Virus record (IMG/VR): IMGVR_UViG_3300030060_002588
Span: 1 to 53,233 of that record
Origin: a virus
Taxonomy: Duplodnaviria; Caudoviricetes
Reading direction: 5' to 3' (one strand)
Length of the DNA: 53,233 nucleotides
Shown here: positions 48,001 through 53,233 of the stretch, piece by piece
How the letters are laid out: each line of letters starts with the position of its first letter
Position numbering within the stretch: the stretch's first letter is position 1
The notes under the pieces: model-generated
Database searches by the model: none
What the model was told of the DNA's origin: nothing
What the model saw: the letters and a program-made list of their open reading frames with translations, nothing else
Made by a program: the position numbers and the translations under genes

Positions 48001-48632
48001 GCTTCTAATTCTGTTAAGCCAGCAAAATCTAAACTTAAAAGCGTACTAGCAGGTTCGTAAAATAGTTTAGACTGCAAAAAATTCATTTTAGTATTTTGAA
48101 AAATTCCTCCTCCAAAACCTAGTTCTTCATATTGTTTGTTAAGTTCTTCTTGAGGTGATGCTTTAATATTAGCTGATAGTATAGTCTGAATATCGTCTGG
48201 TCTAGTTACGTTTAAAAAATTAAGAATTTGACTGTCACTCATGTTAGGAAAATTATGCCTGTTGTCTTCTACATAATTTTGTAATGTGTATTGTGGATTT
48301 AATTCTGAAGAACCGTCTTCGTTAACTTTAAATGCATCTTTATTATCATACAGTTCTGTCCCTGCTTGTTCAACTGTAAATTTTGGAATAATGTCTGTTG
48401 TAAGATTTTTATGCTGCTCATACAACTTAGTTAACTCATCTAAAGCATTATTAAGTTGTTGTTTGTTAACTATGTTAGTATTATTTAATGCACTATTAGG
48501 CTTTAAATCTCCAGAATCTATAGCAGTTTTATTAGTTTTAATACTATCTTGATAGTTAGCTTTATGAAGTTTAAGCTCTTCTTCTTTTTCTTCTATAAGC
48601 TTACTAAGATTGTATAAATCTTGGTAACTCAT
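39000..48632 (-). CDS. 3210-aa polyvalent virion protein: SF1B helicase, zincin-like HExxH domain and double-psi beta-barrel RNA polymerase
   Basis: GYAGTGKT, VVDEASM, GDGFQLKPV, TGHKVQG, YTAITR; HEFMH; GDG, K..K, RSP, GDADGD, IGEIAN, ASVDNSKYG. Confidence 0.8.
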   Translation of the reverse strand: MSYQDLYNLSKLIEEKEEELKLHKANYQDSIKTNKTAIDSGDLKPNSALNNTNIVNKQQLNNALDELTKLYEQHKNLTTDIIPKFTVEQAGTELYDNKDAFKVNEDGSSELNPQYTLQNYVEDNRHNFPNMSDSQILNFLNVTRPDDIQTILSANIKASPQEELNKQYEELGFGGGIFQNTKMNFLQSKLFYEPASTLLSLDFAGLTELEAEESFKNVVLDSGFFTDSVFNEEEADVMWKEFLKSGYEADSYIASEYIKKGIEYGEQFYKDNPLIQAKLESINGKTMKELYDSGELMTYINNFAQQTSISVGQILSKQYLGKIAGGSLGALLGTAYSALSFGPDPLDAAVITETSRKGALLGQALFSGVAGYNLEHASYLANAVSNLVQPMELKPEELSELIRIKNAEYTKEIKKIKEERGSENFKPDFQIAEEMVKDYLRLNVIRTDDGRIFTRPLNPYDAVIAAEYSAVAHGLSASLIEQISLFPKGFREAITPNIIREKFYNRFSNKFANKIKDIPVINKIRNIGKGIDINPNDSFLSTLPARTFNTFVVQNNSEMMSEGFEEVLTSVNQNLIDVYGPAFQREYKWDPRGDFSSRFSWRGTVFEPLAGGALGSKMFQIAGMNQDNSSIANRLGNLSVVNQLNNLDNGGVVVKETEDGAYKLYNKVISLDENNNEVINEVELNSKDPRTLEDIQTEYPDFQSANEAAMDFNVYNKEEGEKRVAWANKWLVGAETKLEQYDNEAGFPVWRVVVVNKNDEVIKVITDNKKQKYEANREKTKIDKNIDSINKIVDKYGIEEIDKSNEDVISSIGNLEELDKQNSTTPYEDGYNWVEENKKVFSYKDAKILVKGFMEGYKNEDTNHTVSVDNLNTQDSSTLEKMEEDGLVINPEVIVENIKEYPELLQDEEIQVPIDVFKQNFQESFFGQEGVEDYLAIIEESLSRPYNSEVNTDDTEINIPELERDIEAFDASTPEITDSDEFTDEVQAEFDAQETEETIIKPTTVPEPSKTEEVDGYIKVKYEPAKHVLSSTPEGQQLNYVENILHPEGKPELFEEGYVWEKAPEKPITVKQYIPEDKPEKPDDKRAEVKIDEETYDKDIAITESEEILTVEQADEILADLEEYKISLIKKDREEGTPEIQNELSDIRKAEDEILQKRSEIKLEDFSKRSEEAGIKADDTVEERLDKLGVKKDELKDEEVVDKTRVKTSNIIKNRSDKLVPTKQQSEALTKIDKEVLIENPDDPNTTDDNIFVFSGYAGTGKTTIVENIARQANDKGYNKIVLSSFTNTAVRRIEDKNQPIKNIAEFSTLHKFLYGPPNKITGRFELKTAKQFADTGFTPDKKTLIVVDEASMIDIKLRDDLNKIIDTYGSRVIYIGDGFQLKPVGDDPRIMENTDYQMTDVQRQKAGGVLTLATAIRNDNMKSVLNKKGYSGALMPVEDVDNVKISKPVDFRREFETMVRLDALSGEDNTVAVTYTNKTRESWNRLARDARYERKSINPLNKNERLIALSNNDDYSNGDQFILKEPKLISSHKVRLQTSYDAQTKTPITTTVDAHIFEDNEGRLGLLFPTTIGRAAIPQSIVVGGDAGFRQYLDPTSKRPKLRQQISTFTYGYAVTGHKVQGMEYPNVFVVADDLAYMRNRDTGIADKELQARWFYTAITRTQDRLFIQDTPIVTKVETKELEDIAFQKISKKQMLIASGQAEVQPERIQERTKKIAKMLFDKFEGAIELEFTDNISDDITNYKGNIAAYYDKVDKKVTINTALATPDAGFHEFMHPFITEIREMNPALYNNILEELSESVLGQEKLNNIVETYQNDEKRPGFIDEYNKLVHEADGYNLFPKDIVKLLNKFDSKDKEISDELIAHSISDVAENIHKKRDNVFMRAIQRFFDWLKSKLFGNSWTTNIYARSLNPDTSFKEVARLLANSNRRFTLEKVDAAILKEQFDFRPTDRFQLMAYVEKEQELTMSDELSRDKAWLKDFFNRMWDISKPLKKQTRKEDFFNIMDSSLRAEVKETFYTWYRGKFNIKKPVGDNSTPIGQNSIYDEMFEQLEENEETMFDISRRMGLVNTNEKVLPSHNLTFIKDFGVTLLQQDLNRMIVLSKRDAFNTFDKWLPKALKIIKYRGALPQWKKEGMIKFYNRIRSMERTNNKEMSGIKNYEVQINTDGSFSIELMGPERKFLANNDKSRSNPGFQKKTLADFLPTVKGLFNWFSKKNMRKRTIFANGMMINNNVLYNFLNQQELESLDNYLIKNHGKVIAFSRGNSPKLAIVDIKQEHKNIAKTNKSVTDYLSKEVSEERMTSSQARELMKLFATSDYKNNATNRAAEIAVHEGMKEVWPKYLMDKKGGPNVYKRLKIPFTPVTVNENMDNLIAYYFNPSQVLFQYKDREPFSPMQKVSGKSKQYIGDGETMTSKDTFNVKLNKGHGLRKGTNVAKTVQYMMDGINTYALKHQHQRVEPGLKILNKKREVLFRVNDSGNLVLGEAHPDYKAGKRNYLDFLATSDEIKIGSENNGMLFDKDGKLLNNGKLVIPGVSVGFIKFEEGSTPHAKHIQQVYNFVDNPVIINNFKDNYLPIVEKKIREVIRLASDTKGGKTAAEKIAKKLEDIHGVDEIGFIPHILELARLGAGFHQQTGKLIDQLVQGHLIEPALTLSGKNGSVYNVSMDATNTLKPKEISISRHKASYIFNKYKEANNITAPNSEITNDEINQWLLNNEVYGMVTRSPVANEGGTYMGRVKFLHEREAVVMMNIEDIKNRIEGDADGDHVEIEFLPTDQMTLDYVNHFNNLEIRDLNLDDFVNEKLKYFLLSRKGRAGLINRLISGEMAIGEIANASSVYGIINKFYESFESKEIMGRNIILKGRQDKVYLNVPYKNKQGWTGTVDEFLRLMLQASVDNSKYGLLGQWGYENDSFIWTRIFTYEDGSDISQTGKDYDEVIQPLVRLHIQANRIRNGYEFGSQFAFRDVLKKSGIYKSYIMNRQKYLSDNLKIISKLKTRNIGSIELAPIEMIAIAPSEILEEMTSVAKYNLMGYDASPFIVNDMVHMNSHVSSMNELDRLKEFYLNKAYDKDNLLSVERKQEERQKGLNYAIKMSNEWKKRRDEYNAKGPQSVDRNDKMIEWKEQYDAMFDGLSNTAQVTATYYFLEGQISKERWGFSMPPVSDRKDQASMLDPEIVKNYFKLYNEQVRDLNNNDKKLKQEKYRILERIIKEDC

Positions 48633-48642
48633 TAATTATCCC

Positions 48643-50205
48643 TTATTCGTTTAAATTATCCAATGAACTGAGAACACTTCCAGGATATTGATTATTAATC
48701 CTACTCCACATTATTAATATATGATATAAGTATTGGTCAGATAGTGAAGTTCCTATATCTTTATCTTCTGTCTTTTCATTAAGGTCTAATCCTAAATCTT
48801 GATAAAATTTAGAAAACTCACTGCCATTTCCAATTCTAGGCATATTTGTTTCACTATCTTTTGATTCAGCAAAGTAATTATAAGTATTCCCATCTGCACC
48901 AACATATGATTTTGCAACACCAATAAACTTATCAAATATTGCTTGAACACCTAAATTTTGTAAATTTTTATCATTATATATTGCATAATTATTTTCACCT
49001 GTTGGTTCACCATCTTCGCCTATTATTTCTTTAAATCCTATAGACTCTCTAAATTCTTTTATAAAATTTATTTTATCTTGCTCTCCACCTATAAAAGGCA
49101 TATCGCTTCCTTTAAATAAACCTTCTAAACTAGCCATAGATTCACTAGTTGAACCATCTACAATGCTTAATATAACTTGTTCTAATTCATTTCTTAGCAT
49201 TGCTGCAGAAGTTGGGTCATCATATAGTTTTTGACCAGATTTTAAATTAGTAAACTTAGCTATTTTATATTTGTCTAAAAACTCTTTATCATCTTTATTT
49301 GCATATTCAATCTTAAATGCAGAACTGCCTATAGCTTTAGAATTTATATTTGCTACTACTTCTTGTATCATTTCAAAACTTGAATTAATATTTAATTTAG
49401 GTATTACTTCAGCAGGTGCTGTGCCTGAATACTGAGGAGCAAATCCTACCTTACCATCAACAGTCCATCTTTCTGGCGATAAAAAGGCTCTACCTAAATA
49501 GTTATTTTTATCACTTAAAATTACATTGCCATCTTTATCTGTTTGAGCTATTCTTTGCATGTTTTTATCTAATGCAAATACTGTTGGGTCATCTTTATCC
49601 ATAACATATAAGGGTTGTTTAAAGATATGTGCGTTATCAGGGTCATTAACATATGCATCAAAATCTTCATAATCTAAAACACCTACTTGACCATAGTCAG
49701 TTGATACATTTGTTAAATGGTCGTTTAATGACATAATACCTGTTTCCATAAGATTTAAACTACTATTAATATCATTTATAACTTTTGATGCTTGAGTAAA
49801 TTGTAATTGTTTATCTGCTAAACTACTAACATCGTCCATATAAAAAGTTAAATCATCATTTAATGTTAATCCATGTTCTTTAAATATATCTTCGTATGCT
49901 TGTGTTCTATATTTTTCAGTAACTTTGTCAGCATATAAATCTCTAGTTACATCATGAGCTTCTAAATAATCCATAGATTGTTTTAATCTTGTTTCTGAGT
50001 CTTCTAGTAGCTCTGTATTTCTTTTTTCTTTTATAGCTAAATCTGTTTGCAGTTTTTTATTCTCAGTATCAACCCAATTATTGTAATCATTAAGAGCCAT
50101 TGTATCTTTAACTTTTTGTTGCATTTCAAATGTATTAAATACATGATGTCCAAGGCTATCTAAAGTGTTTAATATCATTTGATATTTTTTTAATTTATCA
50201 CTCAT
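48643..50205 (-). CDS. Putative internal virion/ejection protein
   Basis: 520-aa acidic helical ORF in the large-gene cluster. Confidence 0.55.
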   Translation of the reverse strand: MSDKLKKYQMILNTLDSLGHHVFNTFEMQQKVKDTMALNDYNNWVDTENKKLQTDLAIKEKRNTELLEDSETRLKQSMDYLEAHDVTRDLYADKVTEKYRTQAYEDIFKEHGLTLNDDLTFYMDDVSSLADKQLQFTQASKVINDINSSLNLMETGIMSLNDHLTNVSTDYGQVGVLDYEDFDAYVNDPDNAHIFKQPLYVMDKDDPTVFALDKNMQRIAQTDKDGNVILSDKNNYLGRAFLSPERWTVDGKVGFAPQYSGTAPAEVIPKLNINSSFEMIQEVVANINSKAIGSSAFKIEYANKDDKEFLDKYKIAKFTNLKSGQKLYDDPTSAAMLRNELEQVILSIVDGSTSESMASLEGLFKGSDMPFIGGEQDKINFIKEFRESIGFKEIIGEDGEPTGENNYAIYNDKNLQNLGVQAIFDKFIGVAKSYVGADGNTYNYFAESKDSETNMPRIGNGSEFSKFYQDLGLDLNEKTEDKDIGTSLSDQYLYHILIMWSRINNQYPGSVLSSLDNLNE

Positions 50206-51560
50206 TATTCTCGCCCTTCCATTATATTTGCTTCAATTCTTTCAGCACCTTCTCTTACATTTGCTTGTGCAGTTTCTAAAAATTGTTCTATTTGTTGGAA
50301 TCCTGGAGCAAATTGTTCTTGATAAAATCCTCCAGTAGGAGCCCCTACCAATGTATCAGTTCTCATTACATTAGCTCTAGATTCATAATCACCCCAATCT
50401 CCTAATCCACCAAATTCAGCACCACGATTTACAGAACTTTGAACTAGTCTTGAGCCTTGTTCTCTATGAGCATCTGCAATTTGTCTAGCCATACCTAATA
50501 AATCACCTACTCTTTGATTACTTTCTTTTAATATATTTGCAACATTACCACCATACCTTAACTCTGCAGCTTTAAAATCTTTTTCTATACTTTCTTCTTC
50601 AGCTTCTAAGCCTTCTATTTCAGTATCATATGCTAGCCTAGCTCCTCTTTCCGCTTCTTCTAAATTTTCAAATGCTGCTTGACCTCCTGACCTAGTAGTT
50701 CTAGCTGCTTGTTCTCCTGGAGCACTATATGCAAACCCTGATGCTGCTTGTTCTGCTCTTAATGCTTCTTCTGCAGGTAATACTTCTCCTGACATTTGTT
50801 CTCTTTGAATATTTGTTTTTCTAAGTTGCTCTTCTTTTGCGTCTAAAGCCATTTCTTTAGCACCTTCTATAGTCTCTTGTTCTTCTATTTTAGATTGTTC
50901 GGCTATGTCTAATTCTTCTTTTTGTCTTCTAAGTTCAACAGCTTGGTCTGATGCAATATATCTTTGGTCACTATCTAATCCATACTTTTCACCACCTCCT
51001 GTTAAGCCTATATTTTCAAGTTGTTCTTCTTCTAAACCTGTAGAAAGTTCTGTAGCTTCAGTTAAACCTCTAACTGCTAATGCTTCAAAAGGTTTTTTCA
51101 ATGCAAGGTCTACATACTTGTCATAATATCCACCTTGTTTTCCAAAATCTCTAGCCATGCTCTGCATTTTTTCTACTTGACCTCCACCACCTAACCATGT
51201 TTCTCCAGAGTTTAGTCTACTTTCACTATGCTTCCAAGCGTTTAATTCATCTCTATCAACAGTCCCTAAGTCTCCTATAAATTCACCACCAATATTATAT
51301 TCTCCTGAAAATATTGCAGAATCTTCTGTACCTCTTATACTTTCATCTAAGTATTTAGGATACCTTCCTCCTGGCATACCAGCTGCCATGTATCCAGCGG
51401 AATATTCATCATCAGCAACATTCCATTCGTCAGCACCAGAGCTAGTGTGACCACCACATAAATCTACCTTACCTTTATAATCAAAAGAACTAGAAGAAAC
51501 TTCTATAAGTTTTTGTTTCTTTTCATCCCATTGCATTAAGACTTCTGTATATATTTTCAT
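50205..51560 (-). CDS. Putative internal virion/ejection (pilot-like) protein
   Basis: 451 aa; N-terminal MKIYTEV...DLCGG leader, Gly-rich region, Glu/Ala coiled coil. Confidence 0.55.
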   Translation of the reverse strand: MKIYTEVLMQWDEKKQKLIEVSSSSFDYKGKVDLCGGHTSSGADEWNVADDEYSAGYMAAGMPGGRYPKYLDESIRGTEDSAIFSGEYNIGGEFIGDLGTVDRDELNAWKHSESRLNSGETWLGGGGQVEKMQSMARDFGKQGGYYDKYVDLALKKPFEALAVRGLTEATELSTGLEEEQLENIGLTGGGEKYGLDSDQRYIASDQAVELRRQKEELDIAEQSKIEEQETIEGAKEMALDAKEEQLRKTNIQREQMSGEVLPAEEALRAEQAASGFAYSAPGEQAARTTRSGGQAAFENLEEAERGARLAYDTEIEGLEAEEESIEKDFKAAELRYGGNVANILKESNQRVGDLLGMARQIADAHREQGSRLVQSSVNRGAEFGGLGDWGDYESRANVMRTDTLVGAPTGGFYQEQFAPGFQQIEQFLETAQANVREGAERIEANIMEGRE

Positions 51561-51970
51561 AAATCTAACTCCATTTCATATCTTTTTAATTTAAACTTAT
51601 AATTTTTAATCCAAAAATCAGGATTTATTTTTGTACACATAATAACTTTAGTGCATTTATTAACTCTAAGAAAATGCCAAAAATTATCTAAGCATTCTTT
51701 TCTTTTTAGCCTAGAATCTTTGGCTTTGTAAAAGCAAATTAAATTGCATACTCTATCATTTTCAAAGTAATCTATATTTTTATCTGCTATAGAAAAAATG
51801 ACAAAACCCTTATTGAAAAAAAACGTTATATTTTTAGGCATGTAAATTAATGTTTTTAAAGTTTTGCCACCATCATTCCACACTAATTTATCAAAATGCT
51901 TAAAATCTTTTTTAGTGATAATATCTGCATTTTCCATGCAATTATCTTTTATCCAACTAGTAAAAATCAA
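51557..51970 (-). CDS. GNAT-like protein preceding the ejection genes
   Basis: 137 aa, TTG start with AGGAG SD; C-terminal FLRVNKCTKVIMCT...FWIKNYKFK pattern; typical position. Confidence 0.45.
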   Translation of the reverse strand: MIFTSWIKDNCMENADIITKKDFKHFDKLVWNDGGKTLKTLIYMPKNITFFFNKGFVIFSIADKNIDYFENDRVCNLICFYKAKDSRLKRKECLDNFWHFLRVNKCTKVIMCTKINPDFWIKNYKFKLKRYEMELDL

Positions 51971-51988
51971 TTGTTTCTCCTAAAACTA

Positions 51989-53233
51989 TTAATTTACTCT
52001 TACAAAATCTACATCTATTTTATTATAATCTACCATATCATAGCCACTAAAATCTTTTTCAACAGCTTCTTTTGGTACATCTTGAGAAATAACTCCATTA
52101 TAAGTTCCTTCTGTATCCTTGTAATTAAATTGATATATATTAATTCCAGAAGGTGATTTACCTATTTTCTTTATATTTTTCTTAAGCCTTTTATCACTAA
52201 ATATTTTACCTAGTACTGTATTCTTTTTGAATAATTTATCTCCCAATAAACCCAAAGCCATTACAGTCCATCCTGCAGGTCCCATAGATGCAAAAAGACC
52301 TGTATTACCTGCGGTTGCACCTGCTGTTGCTGCTGTAGAAGCAGCTCCAGTAGCGGCTCCTGCCGCAGCTCCTGTGGCGGCTGTACCAGTTGCTGCTGTT
52401 GCTGCAGTTCCTCCAAATAAATTTTTCATGCCACCTTTACCAATATTTTTAAATGCAGTTACTACTTCCTTTCCTCTACTTCCAGCCCAAGCCTCTTTAA
52501 CTCCACCTTTGCCAACGTTTAAAGCAGCTTTTGTAACCTTGCCAGGCATGCTTTCATTCCATTTTTGTTTTAAAAATCCATCTGCTACTACTTCTCCACC
52601 TGTTGTTGGAGCACTAAGTATTTTACCTGAAGGACTTTCATAGTCAGGTAATGGGTTAGCTAAACTGCCAGGTAGCTTGCGTGCTTTTGCTTTAAATCCA
52701 CCAGTAGCAGGGTCATATATTAAATTAGTTTTTCCTGTAGATGTAGACGCTAAATTGTAATCAATTTTACCTAGATTAGGCCCTGATAAATCTGTAGATA
52801 CTACTCCTATTTCTCCACCTAAAGCTACTTTTTTATCTAACACAGTAGCATCTCTGTCAAATTTAAATGTTCTAAATCCTTGGTCTCTTTTCATTTTTTC
52901 GTAAGATTTTTTAGCCTTACTTAATTCTGCAGCTTGTATTAAATCAGATTGCTCAGGTGTAATACCTGCTATATTTATAACTTTATCAGGGTCATAAGTA
53001 TCTGTAACTCCAGTTTGAAAAGGGTCATTATTATCTATTACTTGAGGGTCTCTTGTATAATTCCTAGTCCAAGGAGTTTCTGCTCCAGATGGTACATGTG
53101 TTGTAGAATAAAGTTTTTTATCTGCACCTTCTCCTAATCCTAAATCTTTAGAAACTTTAGAAAATTTATCATTAACAATATTATCAAATACTTTTTGTTC
53201 TCCACTTACACCATATTTCTTTTCAAATATTCT
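51989..53233 (-). CDS. 3' part of the origin-spanning 620-aa protein with a C-terminal intramolecular chaperone (peptidase S74-like) domain
   Basis: Frame is open from the junction to 51989; FSDKRLKKNI...IYQFNYK...GVISQDV...VDYNKI. Confidence 0.85.
   Translation of the reverse strand, partial: RIFEKKYGVSGEQKVFDNIVNDKFSKVSKDLGLGEGADKKLYSTTHVPSGAETPWTRNYTRDPQVIDNNDPFQTGVTDTYDPDKVINIAGITPEQSDLIQAAELSKAKKSYEKMKRDQGFRTFKFDRDATVLDKKVALGGEIGVVSTDLSGPNLGKIDYNLASTSTGKTNLIYDPATGGFKAKARKLPGSLANPLPDYESPSGKILSAPTTGGEVVADGFLKQKWNESMPGKVTKAALNVGKGGVKEAWAGSRGKEVVTAFKNIGKGGMKNLFGGTAATAATGTAATGAAAGAATGAASTAATAGATAGNTGLFASMGPAGWTVMALGLLGDKLFKKNTVLGKIFSDKRLKKNIKKIGKSPSGINIYQFNYKDTEGTYNGVISQDVPKEAVEKDFSGYDMVDYNKIDVDFVRVN
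53135..53233. repeat. Terminal overlap, right copy
   Basis: Matches bases 1-99 except the first base. Confidence 0.97.

Noticed and set aside
35113-48632. Stop-codon reassignment as in some crAss-like phages
   Set aside because: Very long ORFs are intact under the standard code, and TAG and TGA serve as normal stops elsewhere.
1543-53137. Many short antisense ORFs in the track (for example 1543-1752, 9112-9381, 42886-43188, 52227-52643)
   Set aside because: They are shadows opposite well-supported genes, with no SD or recognisable motifs.
1-53233. Prophage or temperate lifestyle
   Set aside because: No integrase, repressor/antirepressor pair, partition genes or flanking host genes were recognised, and the contig closes on itself.

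Overview
The window is a complete, circularly assembled genome of a tailed dsDNA phage. Bases 2-99 equal 53136-53233, giving a unit length of about 53,134 bp. It is AT-rich, uses the standard genetic code and has strong AGGAG Shine-Dalgarno sites. The podovirus-like layout has two arms. The minus arm carries packaging, head, tail, lysis and putative ejection genes. The plus arm (24178-35007) carries small early genes followed by a replication/recombination/repair module. I found no DNA polymerase, integrase, tRNA or CRISPR array. The main finding is a 3210-aa putative ejection protein that joins an SF1B (RecD/Dda-like) helicase, an HExxH zincin-like domain and a motif set typical of single-chain double-psi beta-barrel RNA polymerases, suggesting a virion-packaged helicase-protease-RNAP in a 53-kb genome. 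The early region it would plausibly transcribe is packed with structured, partly pseudoknotted non-coding modules, while the middle and late operons carry sigma70-like promoters. Other notable items are a circularly permuted Sak4/AAA_24-like ATPase, a candidate phage histone, a spore photoproduct lyase homolog, a cluster of very basic micro-proteins and a promoter-driven structured RNA upstream of terS. All assignments come from reading motifs by eye; no searches or folding programs were run.
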